A stretch of 64,000 nt of DNA from Bacteroidales bacterium (GCA_035389045.1 DAOORA010000007.1:1-64000), one strand, 5' to 3'; shown: positions 40,901 through 50,210, counted from the stretch's first letter. The notes: generated by a model not told the origin, from the sequence alone. Made by a program: numbers and translations.

Positions 40901-41649
40901 GAATCGCTGCAAATACCCGTACTCTCCGACAAGCTGTCGGGAACAACTGCTATTTGAGGTGCTGGTAATATGGTAAACGCATAATCTTCTGTTTCACCAT
41001 ATTGCAACTGATTGCACGGATCATCAGGCGCACCATTGCTGTAAATATCGCCTCTGATGCGCATTCTGTATGTACCCGGAATGGCAAAAACAGGAATTAA
41101 GAAGCTATCAGTAATAGTGAATAATCCTTCAGGATTGTCTATTGCGATAACGTTCTCTGTTGAATCAAAAACGTAATCATCATTAAAATCGATCCAAACA
41201 GAAAATGACATGGCATTGCCTGAGGATGTAAATGATAGCACAGTATAAGACATCTGTGTATTTGTCACAGTGCCGGCGCCGCTGAAATCAGTGTAAGAAG
41301 AATCTGAGCAGGCAGTGGTATTGTTTATGTTCAGCCCCCCCCCACTTGTGGTAATATTGTGGATCCACATCGAACAATTCGTATCCGATGATCTTACCGG
41401 GATGGCATAACTGGTATTTTCATCTTTACCTGTTAAGGATTTTTCATAATTATAATTACAGTGTGCTTCATGATAATTGAAGTAAGCTTCTATCTTGAAT
41501 GTCAACGGTTTCGCATAAGTGAAAATGTCATGCACGTGACAACCGGTGAAAAACTCAAATGAACATTTGTAATTTGCTTTTGATTTCTCTGAATTTATAA
41601 GCAATAAACAAATAACTACCGAAATTAAAAGTACCGTTTTTATTTTCAT
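37918..41649 (-). CDS. N-terminal part of the LamG/Ig repeat protein (signal peptide, GEVED, LamG inserted in Ig, ASH domains)
   Basis: Signal peptide; VWIDFNDD..RMRIR..YGETEDY (GEVED); ~420 aa units with WHHVAVTWD and GEIDEFRMW; frame lost at 37943-37944. Confidence 0.85.
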   Translation of the reverse strand: MKIKTVLLISVVICLLLINSEKSKANYKCSFEFFTGCHVHDIFTYAKPLTFKIEAYFNYHEAHCNYNYEKSLTGKDENTSYAIPVRSSDTNCSMWIHNITTSGGGLNINNTTACSDSSYTDFSGAGTVTNTQMSYTVLSFTSSGNAMSFSVWIDFNDDYVFDSTENVIAIDNPEGLFTITDSFLIPVFAIPGTYRMRIRGDIYSNGAPDDPCNQLQYGETEDYAFTILPAPQIAVVPDSLSESTGICSDSIISTLLIINNGTDTLDWNICYGDGDGNALVFNGTNAEVRFGDLGQMPEKGGVEFWMKVNQSSVSRMLFSTSGLFANWKGVNIYQYLTSLYLRIGDDYGVYTGYTITGNIVYGKWHHVAVTWDKTQNKVWTYFDGNVTTDEGSNTNWVALFSDVRLGIANNTSSNHFYGEIDEFRMWNDYRSPADISDFFREGLFVPPQGLAGLWEFDEPSGDTVCSFNSNIKGVLYDVSRTPSGAPIRDPQMTVSPTGGLLAEGDTSAVLVTFVTNGFNNGTHNSVVGVTTNDPLHPYIFIPSQVILNGQPRIELDDSVAAFPSLLAGVIIANTFKIYNTGCDTLKITAVFNDDPAFANVCPSFLLPRDSGIIKVSFSSSIMGLHTDTLTILNNSITKHLYLSGTVLPTPQLQLTPDTLPVSTNICTDTIMTTLQIINSGTYTMDLQVYFSEGAGNALSFNGSNSEVHFGNMGMMPEKGCVEFWMKTDVNTGARYAYSSSGLNNNLKGVNIYQYNNYLYLRIGNDNGTSNSYTITGNVGYGNWHHVAVTWDKTLNKVWTYFDGNNTTNGSYNPYWVTAFSDVRLGAGNSSATYNHFDGEIDGFRMWSEYRSAADIMNYYHEGILAPADDLTGMWEFNEPAGDTVFSYYSNKKGVLNNVSRVSSGAAIHDPQVNASPVSGLLAAGDTANIDVTFLTGGFNSGTYSSLIGLTTNDPLHQFVAIPTRLILNGPPQIELTDSTGIFPSVMAGEVVTDTFKIFNTGCDSLKITAVSGHDSAFIPAFPAFILPRDSGMVTISFYSLTHGIHSDTITILNNSGTRHIFVYGNILPTPELVLVPDTISVSTSICNDTIVYALQLINTGNDSLKWNMYYSTGAGNALSFNGSSSEARFGNHGPFPEKGCIEFWMKTNLNSTTKMLFSSSGLNSSYKGVNILQSLTKIYLRIGNDAGTNNTFTITANADYGHWHHVAATWDKTLNKVWTYFDGNVVANGSYNSYWPQHFQMSD

Positions 41650-42155
41650 TATGGAGCATATATTAAGAAATTGTTTTGATTTTATTTTTTCATATCTTTA
41701 TGCGTCTTTTTTGCTGCAACTTCGTTAGATTTTTCGACATAGGATAAACTATGTCTGCAAAATCTGCCTCGTTTCGCTAAAAAATCCATCATAAATCTTA
41801 TGTAACATAAAATCAAAACAGTTTCTATGCCTAATAGAAAAGGTAAAGATACCAATTTGTTTGCATATAAGTGCTAAATTGTATCTAAAAATTAGCACAA
41901 ACGCATCTAAAATCTCATGATACTTTATAGTTGCTAACATGCTGAACGTTTATAAGTTGTCCATTTTTTTGTGATGTTTGTCTGGTATACAATAGCTTAA
42001 AAAATCAGGCAATGGAAGCAACAACAATAGAAACAAACTAAGATGTATCATCTTTTTTCGCATCTTTACCAGACCATAGAGTCTATCATATTTAATCTTT
42101 TTTAAAGAATAATTTATAAATCAGTTTTTTAACAAGTCAAAAAAGTTCAATTATC

Positions 42156-42201
42156 TGTAAGTGAATTAGGTAATTTTATGTAAGTGAATTACGTAAAATT
42201 T
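42156..42201 (+). promoter_or_regulatory. Tandem direct repeat, candidate transcription-factor site upstream of the redox locus
   Basis: TGTAAGTGAATTA at 42156 and 42179 (23 nt period). Confidence 0.5.
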
Positions 42202-42286
42202 CATAAAAAGTTGAATAATAGCAACATAAGATTTTGTGGAAATATATAAAAAAAATGGTCAGAAATACGCTATTTATAAACTATGC

Positions 42287-42294
42287 TAATTTTG
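42287..42294 (+). promoter_or_regulatory. -7 promoter element of the Stn-like operon
   Basis: TAATTTTG 15 nt before ATG 42310; supports 42310 rather than 42283 as the start. Confidence 0.5.
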
Positions 42295-42309
42295 TCAAAA
42301 AAAAGCATT

Positions 42310-42828
42310 ATGAGAATTGCACGGATATATAGACAAAAACAGGATGTACAGCAAGCAGAGGTTGACTTGACCCTTATGGACCCGATCATAATAAAATATA
42401 AGGGTGTTAAAGGTAATATGATTCCGATTTTACAGCACACACAAGACTTATATGGTTATATCCCCCGGAAAGCCTTCATTAAGATCTCGGAAGAAACCGG
42501 TCTTAAATTGAGTGATATGTATGGGGTTGCTACCTTTTATGCCCAGTTTCGATTAAACCCGGTAGGAAAGAATATCATAAAGGTATGTCATGGGACTGCC
42601 TGCCATGTGCAAAATGCGGACAAAATTACCGATGCTTTGCAGGAAGCGCTGAATGTGAAAGACGGTGAGACCACGGAGGATAGTTTTTTCACGCTTGAAT
42701 CGGTGGCTTGCCTGGGTTGTTGCTCACTTGCCCCGGTAATGATGATTGGCACAGAGACATTCGGAAAACTAACCGGGAGTGAAGCTGTGAAAATCGTTAA
42801 AGAAATAAAAATCAAAGAATCCAATTAA
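42310..42828 (+). CDS. nuoE: NuoE/HydC-like [2Fe-2S] subunit (StnA/BfuC-like)
   Basis: GVATFYAQF, KVCHGTACHV, VACLGCCSLAP. Confidence 0.9.
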   Translation: MRIARIYRQKQDVQQAEVDLTLMDPIIIKYKGVKGNMIPILQHTQDLYGYIPRKAFIKISEETGLKLSDMYGVATFYAQFRLNPVGKNIIKVCHGTACHVQNADKITDALQEALNVKDGETTEDSFFTLESVACLGCCSLAPVMMIGTETFGKLTGSEAVKIVKEIKIKESN

Positions 42829-42850
42829 AAGTAAGCCTAAACAGAAAATT

Positions 42851-44629
42851 ATGGCACAAACAAAAGTAATTGTGGGCCTTGGAAGTTGCGGAGTTGCTGC
42901 CGGGGCCGGAAAAACATATGATAAACTGGAGCGTCTGAAGAAAGTTGATCAGCTGACTTTTGATCTGAAGAAAACCAGTTGCATTGGCATGTGTTTCAGG
43001 GAGCCGCTCGTGGAAGTGATTGACGATACCGGCTCTTATCTTTACGGGAATGTTGATGAAACAAAAGCGGTAGAGATCGTTGAAAAGCATATAAAAAACA
43101 ATGAACCCTTACAGGAACTTGTTGTCCGCTCCGATATGTTCAGCACGGCTGATGATTATTTTTTCAAGAACCAGGTAAAAATCGCTTTGCGTAACTGCGG
43201 GATGATTGACCCTGAAAACATTGAAGAATATGAAAGCCGCGATGGCTATCAATCCATAAAAAAGATACTTAGTGAGAAGATCAGCAATGAAGAGGTCATC
43301 AAAACTATGATTGATTCAGGGCTGCGCGGAAGGGGAGGCGGCGGATTCCCGACAGGCATGAAATGGAAGTTTGCTTTCAATAACAAATCGGATCAGAAAT
43401 ACATAATATGTAATGCCGATGAGGGCGATCCGGGGGCATTTATGGACCGGTCGCTGCTGGAAGGCGATCCGCATTCGGTACTTGAAGGGATGATCATCGG
43501 CGCCTATACCATTCAGGCCACTGCCGGTGTAATTTATTGCCGTGCTGAGTATCCGCTTGCTATCAGACGTCTTAATATTGCACTGGAACAGGCGCGTGCC
43601 AAAGGTTATCTCGGCAAAAATATCTTCGGAATCCAGGGTTTTGATTTTGACATATATATAAAAGAAGGCGCCGGAGCCTTCGTATGTGGCGAAGAAACAG
43701 CGTTGATAGCTTCTGTTGAAGGAAAACGGGGCATGCCCCGCAAGCGACCGCCTTTTCCTGCTGAAGCCGGGCTATGGAGGAAACCTACCAATATCAATAA
43801 TGTGGAAACTTTTGCCAATGTCCCCTGGATCATTCTTCACGGGTCGGCAGCATACAAACAATATGGTACTGAAAAAAGCAAAGGCACCAAAGTTTTTGCG
43901 CTGGCGGGAAAAATCCGTAATTCCGGCCTGGTGGAAGTGCCAATGGGGATCACCCTGCGGGATGTGATCTTTAAATTAGGCGGAGGCATCCCCAATGATA
44001 AGAAATTTAAAGCGGTTCAGATGGGTGGCCCCTCAGGCGGCTGTATACCTGAATATTTAGCCGACACTATTGTTGATTATGATTCGGTTACCGCTACAGG
44101 TGCGATCATGGGGTCGGGAGGCATGGTGGTGATGGATGAGACAACGTGCATGGTGGATATTGCAAGGTTTTTCCTGAATTTCACCCAGAATGAATCCTGC
44201 GGCAAATGCACCTTCTGCCGCATAGGCACCAAGCGTATGCTTGAGATTCTTACCCGGATCACCGAAGGGCACGGAAGGGAAGGTGATATTGAAATGCTGG
44301 AAGAACTCGCGTATCAGATCAAGGATAATTCTTTGTGCGGCCTGGGACAAACAGCCCCTAACCCTGTTCTGACCACATTAAAGTATTTTCGCAATGAATA
44401 TGAAGCGCACATCCGTGATAAAAAATGTCCGGCCAAGGCATGTAAGCAATTACTAACGTATGTTATCGACCAGGAAAAATGTACCGGCTGTATGGTATGT
44501 GCAAAAAAATGTCCCGTAGGCGCCATAGACGGAGAGAAGAAGAAACCGCATTTCATAAGGGAAAGTGATTGTATCAAATGCGGCGAATGTTACAGCAGAT
44601 GCAAGTTTGATGCTATTAATCTCTATTAG
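42851..44629 (+). CDS. nuoF: NuoF/HydB-like FMN/NADH-binding Fe-S subunit (StnB/BfuB-like)
   Basis: Thioredoxin-like N-terminus, GLRGRGGGGFPTG, CNADEGDPGAFMDR, GAFVCGEETAL, ESCGKCTFCRIG, C-terminal 2x[4Fe-4S]. Confidence 0.92.
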   Translation: MAQTKVIVGLGSCGVAAGAGKTYDKLERLKKVDQLTFDLKKTSCIGMCFREPLVEVIDDTGSYLYGNVDETKAVEIVEKHIKNNEPLQELVVRSDMFSTADDYFFKNQVKIALRNCGMIDPENIEEYESRDGYQSIKKILSEKISNEEVIKTMIDSGLRGRGGGGFPTGMKWKFAFNNKSDQKYIICNADEGDPGAFMDRSLLEGDPHSVLEGMIIGAYTIQATAGVIYCRAEYPLAIRRLNIALEQARAKGYLGKNIFGIQGFDFDIYIKEGAGAFVCGEETALIASVEGKRGMPRKRPPFPAEAGLWRKPTNINNVETFANVPWIILHGSAAYKQYGTEKSKGTKVFALAGKIRNSGLVEVPMGITLRDVIFKLGGGIPNDKKFKAVQMGGPSGGCIPEYLADTIVDYDSVTATGAIMGSGGMVVMDETTCMVDIARFFLNFTQNESCGKCTFCRIGTKRMLEILTRITEGHGREGDIEMLEELAYQIKDNSLCGLGQTAPNPVLTTLKYFRNEYEAHIRDKKCPAKACKQLLTYVIDQEKCTGCMVCAKKCPVGAIDGEKKKPHFIRESDCIKCGECYSRCKFDAINLY

Positions 44630-44664
44630 TCAATGAATTAATTTTGAATATATATTTAAGAGCC

Positions 44665-47600
44665 ATGAGTGAAAAACTGAATATTATTTTGAATGGTAAG
44701 AATGTGACCGGTTACAAGGGTGAAACTATTCTGGAAATGTCGGAGCGGCTTGGTGCAGAGATACCTACTTTATGTCATGATTCCCGGTTAGAGCCTTATA
44801 CGTCGTGTTATTTATGTGTTGTCGAAGTACAGGGTCTGCGTGGGCTGCAGCCGGCCTGCTCAACCAAAATAAATGAAGGCATGCGTATTGACACACAGAA
44901 TACGAAAATTTTCAGAGCACGCAAAACAGCATTGGAACTCCTGTTAAGCAATCATTATGCCGATTGTCTTGGCCCTTGCAAGCAGGCTTGTCCTGCCGGT
45001 GTGGATGTGCAGGGATATATCGGGCTGATTGAAAAGGGGAAATACAGTGATGCTGTAGCCCTGATTAAGGAAACCAATCCTCTGCCGGCTATCTGCGGCC
45101 GTGTATGTGTTCGTCCGTGCGAGCTTGCCTGCCGCAGAAACCTCATGGATGAAGATCATGGGGTGGGAATTGATTACCTGAAGCGTTTTGCCTCAGATTT
45201 TGATCTTAGCTCGGCCAATAAGTATAAACCCAAAATAAAACCTTCCACGGGAAAAAAAATTGCCGTGGTGGGTGCTGGCCCGGGTGGCCTCTCGGCAGCT
45301 TTTTTCCTTCGGAAAGAAGGACATCATGTTGATATTTATGAAGCAGCGCCTAAGGCCGGCGGGTGGCTTAGATATGGTATCCCAGAGTATCGCCTGCCCA
45401 ACGACCTGCTGCAGAAGGAAGTTGATAATATCACCGAAATGGGTGTGGCTATATTTTACAACCAGAAGTTAGGCGAAAACCTGAGTTACCAGGCGCTGAA
45501 ATATAAATACGATGCCATCATACTGGCTGTGGGTTCCCAGGCAGGCACGAACATCGGCTGTGAGGGCGATGATGCCGGAAACGTATTCAGCGGAGTGGAT
45601 TTTCTGAAAACTATGGAACTGAGCGGGGCAAAATATGATTTTAGCGGAAAAACCGTTGGCGTGATTGGAGGCGGAAACACGGCCATGGATTGTTGCCGTA
45701 CAGCAAAACGTTTCGGAGCAGAAAAAGTTTATGTCATTTACCGTCGTACGGAAAAAGAAATGCCTGCCAATCCTATTGAAATACATGAGTCAAAGCTGGA
45801 AGGGATAGAATATCTGTTTTTGACGGCTCCTGTAAAAGTCAACAAAGATAAAGACGGAAATATTTCTTCCATACGATGTATTAAAATGGAACTGGGCGAA
45901 CCGGATTCATCGGGGAGAAGAAGACCGGTGCCTGTGCAGGGAAGTGAATTTGATATTCCGATGGATTATGCGCTGGCGGCCATAGGGCAGAAGACCCAAG
46001 TAGGTTTTCTTGATGATGTGAATACCCATACGGATATTGGCGAATTGAAACTGACCAAATGGGGCGACATTGAAGCGGATCCCTTTACACTGCAAACCGG
46101 AGTAAAACGGATATTTGCCTGTGGCGACGGTGTTACCGGCCCTGCCACTATCATTCAGGCGGTGGCTCAGGCACGAGTGGCTGCCCGGAGTTGTCATCAG
46201 TACCTGTCCGGTGAGGCTGTTATTCCTGAAAAAAAGGAATTTATCAGTAAACGTGATAATTTCAAAAAACAGGTCAGGGATGATTATGTTTCTCAATATG
46301 AACAACAGCACCGGCATGAAATGCCTACCCTTGATCCCGGCCTAAGAAACAACTTCAATGAAGTGGAACTTGGCTATGAAAATGAAAACGTAGCATTGCA
46401 GGAAGCTCAGCGATGCTTTGAGTGCGGTTGTGCGGCCTATTATGATTGTAAACTAAAGAAGTATGCCACCGATTATGATGCGGACCAGAAGAAATTTGAA
46501 GGTGATTTCAGTGAATATAATGTTGATTTCAGGCATCCTTTTATTGAAATTGACAACAACAAGTGCATCCTTTGTTCCCGTTGTGTAAGGATATGCAGGG
46601 ATATTGTCGGCGCCAATGCGATTGGCCTGGTAAACAGGGGATTTAAAACATTTGTGGCGCCCAGCATGGGCGACTCGCTGCAGGAAACCCAATGTGAATC
46701 CTGCGGCATGTGCATTTCAACATGCCCAACGGGGGCGATCACCGAGAATGTTCCATTCAAGCCCGGTCCATTCAGTACCAATACCTTCGAAATGATATGT
46801 AATTATTGTTCCGTAGGATGTGCCATTGAGGTTCGTCATAAAAATAAATATGTTACCGGGGTTAATGGTGTAAAAGGCAAGATAAACATATACGGGAATA
46901 TTTGCCGTTATGCCCGTTTCGGTTATAAATATTTTAACAGGCCCGGACGGATTGTAAGACCACTTCTTAAGGTGGCCGGAAAGTTTGAGGAGATTGATTT
47001 TTCAGAAGCTTATAACATTATTACTTACAAATTAAAAAGTACGGAGCCTGACCGAAATGCATTTTTTGCCGGTGCCCGGCTGACCAATGAAGAGATGTAT
47101 TTGGTTCAGAAGCTGGCGCGCAAGGGGGCTTTGACAAACAACATCTCCAGTTTCCATTATTTAGGAAGAGAAGACGGATACAGAAATTTATCTGATAAAA
47201 ATGTATATTTTGAACAACTTGCCGATGCTTCCAAAATCTGGCTTTTCGGATCGGAAATCAACAGGGACAATGCCGTATTTGGTTTTATGATCAATAACCA
47301 GCGCCGGAAACGCCAGATACCTGTGGCTAATATCACGGTCAGACCGTACAGCAGCATGAAGGAAAAAGTTGATGAAAACATTCTTATCCGTGATTATTAT
47401 TCATTTGTACGTGCTGTGAATTATTACCTGGTAAAATCAGGCAAACAGAATATGTTATTTATCAATGATAATTGCTCTGGTTTTGACACCTACCGTGAGG
47501 AGTTGCTGAAAGATGATTACACGGCTCTTGTCGGACAGGCCTGCGGCGACGCTTCCGTAATTGAGCATTTTGCCGACAGTTTTAATGAACAGATGAATGC

Positions 47601-48363
47601 CATACTCGTTATCTCTGAGAAAGAACTAAATTCTGCTACCTGTTCGGAAATCCGTAACCTTGCGTTAATCACCGGGAAATTAGGGAAAACGGCCAGCGGC
47701 ATTTTCAGCCTGAAAGAAAAAAATAATGCCCAGGGATTGTTTGATATGGGTATCAGCCCGATGTACGGTGTTGGGCACAAAGATGTCAGGTCCAAGGATT
47801 ACCAGGAAAAGATCTGCCAGAACTGGAATCTGCCGAAGTGGCCGGAAACTGTTTCCGATAGTATTTATAACCTGCTGGATCAGGGTAAACTCAAAAATAT
47901 TTTTGTATTCGGCGAAGATCCCATCGGTTGTGCCATGGATAAAGCATTAGTGAAGAAATGGTTTAATAATGCTGATTTTGTCTTAGTGCAGGATTATTTC
48001 ATGACGGATACCGCTGCCGAAGCTGACCTGATCCTTCCGGCTTCATTCCCTTCGGAAATAGGAGGCAGTTACACCAATACGCTAAAAGTATTGCAGAAAT
48101 TTGAACCCGCTTCGGAGTTTGTTGCAGCATTGGACGAAAATTCCATCCAACAACTGATCGGCCTGAACAGGAAGTTTGGCGAAGAACGGGCAGAAGATTC
48201 AGTAGATGTGATGATGGAAGCAATTAGTTTGTTGCCTGTTGAATCCGCTTCACTATTTGAGTTTTTCAATATTCCCGTGCAGGATAAAAAACTTTTCAGA
48301 TACGGCTGTGATATTTTGATCAAGCAGTTTGACGAAGAATTTGAAGAGAAGTTGAAAATGTAA
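44665..48363 (+). CDS. NuoG-like scaffold with inserted GltD-type FAD/NADP(H) oxidoreductase (StnC-like large subunit of an NfnABC-type complex)
   Basis: [2Fe-2S] (CH..CYLC..C), H-x3-C, GltD core (ICGRVC, GAGPGG, GGGNTAMD, YRR), 2x[4Fe-4S], CNYCSVGC, then a molybdopterin-oxidoreductase fold lacking the Cys/Sec ligand (NNISSFHY). ATG at 44665. Confidence 0.85.
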   Translation: MSEKLNIILNGKNVTGYKGETILEMSERLGAEIPTLCHDSRLEPYTSCYLCVVEVQGLRGLQPACSTKINEGMRIDTQNTKIFRARKTALELLLSNHYADCLGPCKQACPAGVDVQGYIGLIEKGKYSDAVALIKETNPLPAICGRVCVRPCELACRRNLMDEDHGVGIDYLKRFASDFDLSSANKYKPKIKPSTGKKIAVVGAGPGGLSAAFFLRKEGHHVDIYEAAPKAGGWLRYGIPEYRLPNDLLQKEVDNITEMGVAIFYNQKLGENLSYQALKYKYDAIILAVGSQAGTNIGCEGDDAGNVFSGVDFLKTMELSGAKYDFSGKTVGVIGGGNTAMDCCRTAKRFGAEKVYVIYRRTEKEMPANPIEIHESKLEGIEYLFLTAPVKVNKDKDGNISSIRCIKMELGEPDSSGRRRPVPVQGSEFDIPMDYALAAIGQKTQVGFLDDVNTHTDIGELKLTKWGDIEADPFTLQTGVKRIFACGDGVTGPATIIQAVAQARVAARSCHQYLSGEAVIPEKKEFISKRDNFKKQVRDDYVSQYEQQHRHEMPTLDPGLRNNFNEVELGYENENVALQEAQRCFECGCAAYYDCKLKKYATDYDADQKKFEGDFSEYNVDFRHPFIEIDNNKCILCSRCVRICRDIVGANAIGLVNRGFKTFVAPSMGDSLQETQCESCGMCISTCPTGAITENVPFKPGPFSTNTFEMICNYCSVGCAIEVRHKNKYVTGVNGVKGKINIYGNICRYARFGYKYFNRPGRIVRPLLKVAGKFEEIDFSEAYNIITYKLKSTEPDRNAFFAGARLTNEEMYLVQKLARKGALTNNISSFHYLGREDGYRNLSDKNVYFEQLADASKIWLFGSEINRDNAVFGFMINNQRRKRQIPVANITVRPYSSMKEKVDENILIRDYYSFVRAVNYYLVKSGKQNMLFINDNCSGFDTYREELLKDDYTALVGQACGDASVIEHFADSFNEQMNAILVISEKELNSATCSEIRNLALITGKLGKTASGIFSLKEKNNAQGLFDMGISPMYGVGHKDVRSKDYQEKICQNWNLPKWPETVSDSIYNLLDQGKLKNIFVFGEDPIGCAMDKALVKKWFNNADFVLVQDYFMTDTAAEADLILPASFPSEIGGSYTNTLKVLQKFEPASEFVAALDENSIQQLIGLNRKFGEERAEDSVDVMMEAISLLPVESASLFEFFNIPVQDKKLFRYGCDILIKQFDEEFEEKLKM

Positions 48364-48405
48364 TGAAAATAATTGATAATTCTTGCATTTAGTCATTAAA
48401 TTACT

Positions 48406-48413
48406 TAAATTTG
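48406..48413 (+). promoter_or_regulatory. Candidate internal promoter for the Cys-rich gene and nfnAB
   Basis: TAAATTTG 13 nt before ATG 48427, with CTTG about 20 nt upstream. Confidence 0.5.
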
Positions 48414-48426
48414 TAAAATAGAAAAA

Positions 48427-49311
48427 ATGGACGCAATCAATTTTATTTCTTTTCTCGTAAAATGTCCTTTATGCGGGAAATCTTTGATGGACCCGGATCA
48501 TAAAGTAGATAACGAATCGGGTATAAAGCTTCTTGTGGAAGCCAGGAACGGAAAGGGAATGCTTGTACTGAGCAGCATTTATGGAAGTTATAATTTTATT
48601 TCAGATGTAAGATTTGAAGAAAATGAAGTCGTAAATTTCTTTTGCCCGCACTGCTCAGGAAATTTAGTGACCCGGACTTTATGTGATCTCTGTTCGGCAC
48701 CGATGGTTACCTTGATTCATAAAATGGGAGGCAAGGTCAGTTTCTGTTCGCGCAAGGGCTGTCAGAATCATAATGTTGGATTTAATGACCTTTCGGATGC
48801 ATTAAAGCAGTTTTATGAGGAATACGGGATGAGAAGTTCCCATCCTACACCGGAGCATATACATCTTCGCAAAGAAAAAGAACATGTTAAAAGTGAAGAT
48901 GAGGATCATAAAGAAATTATTGAAAGCGGTTCTTTTTTATCCTCGTATTGCCCTCATTGCAGGAAATCCCTTATCGAAAATGACATGCTAAAACTGAAGA
49001 TCATCCGGGAAGGACTTACTCCTGGATATGTTCTGCTAAGCCCTTATCTGAATGTATTTTCATCAAAATCTACGATATTTCTTCCCGAGGATGAATCTGT
49101 AGGTGATGTCAGGTGTTTCCACTGTGATAAAAGTTTGCTGGTTGAGAATGGAACATGTGAGCGTTGTGGGACTGCCATAGCAAAAATCCTCATCAGTGCC
49201 CGTACCAAAATGATTGATTTTTATATCTGCTCCCGAAAAGGCTGTATATGGCATGGGTTGAATAAAAATGACATGGATGATATACGCCTGGAAGACAGTG
49301 TGGAATGGTAG
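48427..49311 (+). CDS. Uncharacterised protein with two tandem 8-Cys metal-binding domains
   Basis: CPLC/CPHC/CDLC/CSRKGC..H and CPHC/CFHC/CERC/CSRKGC.WH; the same pattern occurs at the N-terminus of 50211..51998. Confidence 0.8.
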   Translation: MDAINFISFLVKCPLCGKSLMDPDHKVDNESGIKLLVEARNGKGMLVLSSIYGSYNFISDVRFEENEVVNFFCPHCSGNLVTRTLCDLCSAPMVTLIHKMGGKVSFCSRKGCQNHNVGFNDLSDALKQFYEEYGMRSSHPTPEHIHLRKEKEHVKSEDEDHKEIIESGSFLSSYCPHCRKSLIENDMLKLKIIREGLTPGYVLLSPYLNVFSSKSTIFLPEDESVGDVRCFHCDKSLLVENGTCERCGTAIAKILISARTKMIDFYICSRKGCIWHGLNKNDMDDIRLEDSVEW

Positions 49312-49374
49312 TTTGAGTGATAATTGTTTTTCTTTCAGGCAATGAAACGAAAAAAATAATAAATAATAAGCTAT

Positions 49375-50199
49375 ATGTTTCAGATTGCCAGAAAACAAGA
49401 GATGGCCAAGGGTACGATCATTCGTTTCGATATTCTTGCACCCAAAATTGCTTCAAAAATCAAACCCGGTCAGTTTATTATCCTGCGGGTGAATGAAACG
49501 GGTGAACGTATTCCGCTTACCGTTGCGGATAAAGACGAATTTTCAGGCATTATAACCATAATATTCCAGGTGGTTGGAAAAACCACAGCGCTGATGCGCT
49601 CACTCAAGGAAGGCGATACTATTAAAGATGTTTCAGGACCATTGGGCAGGCCGGCCGATGTGAAAAAGGAAGGAACGGTTATTATGGTGGGTGGCGGAAC
49701 GGGAATAGCTATCCTTTACCAGATTGCCCGGGCCTTCAAGGAGGCAGGGAACAATGTAATAAGTATAATTGGCGCCCGTGATAAAGATATGCTGATCCTG
49801 GAAAACGAGATGGAAAACGTAAGCGATGAACTTGTGATCACCACGGATGACGGCAGTTCTGGTTTATGCGGATTTGTGACTGATCCGCTGAAAAAATACC
49901 TGGAAGAGCGTTATGATATAAAACTAGTGTATGCCATTGGTCCTATCATCATGATGAAGAATGTATGCAAACTGACCAGACAATTCAATATTAAAACTTA
50001 TGTAAGTCTGAATCCTGTTATGATTGACGGCACCGGAATGTGCGGAGGATGCAGGGTGACGGTGGAGGGAAAATCCCGGTTTTGTTGTGTCGACGGGCCT
50101 GATTTTGACGGTCATCAGGTGGATTTTGATGAACTTGAAAAAAGAAATTCTCTTTATCTGAAGGACGAGAAAAATTCATTATTGTTTTCAATCCGTTAA
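49375..50199 (+). CDS. nfnA: NfnA/SudB small subunit (FAD/NAD-binding, [2Fe-2S])
   Basis: PGQFIILR..GERIPLT, GPLG, VGGGTG, IGP.IMM, MIDGTGMCGGCRV..CVDGPDF. Confidence 0.9.
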   Translation: MFQIARKQEMAKGTIIRFDILAPKIASKIKPGQFIILRVNETGERIPLTVADKDEFSGIITIIFQVVGKTTALMRSLKEGDTIKDVSGPLGRPADVKKEGTVIMVGGGTGIAILYQIARAFKEAGNNVISIIGARDKDMLILENEMENVSDELVITTDDGSSGLCGFVTDPLKKYLEERYDIKLVYAIGPIIMMKNVCKLTRQFNIKTYVSLNPVMIDGTGMCGGCRVTVEGKSRFCCVDGPDFDGHQVDFDELEKRNSLYLKDEKNSLLFSIR

Positions 50200-50210
50200 T
50201 ACGTACACTC

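Noticed and set aside
23258..41649. Classical cellulosome
   Set aside because: No glycoside hydrolase or CBM3 recognisable; the only catalytic domain seen is an M4 peptidase
41749..41940. 63 aa ORF upstream of the LamG gene
   Set aside because: AT-rich intergenic sequence with no motif; probably non-coding
42231..42252. Rex operator upstream of the redox locus
   Set aside because: TTGTGGAAATATATAAAA matches only the left half of TTGTGAA-N4-TTCACAA in very AT-rich DNA
42310..48363. Respiratory complex I (nuoEFG), [FeFe]-hydrogenase or formate dehydrogenase
   Set aside because: No membrane nuo genes adjacent, no H-cluster motifs, no Cys/Sec at the Mo-ligand position and no in-frame TGA; a GltD module is inserted instead
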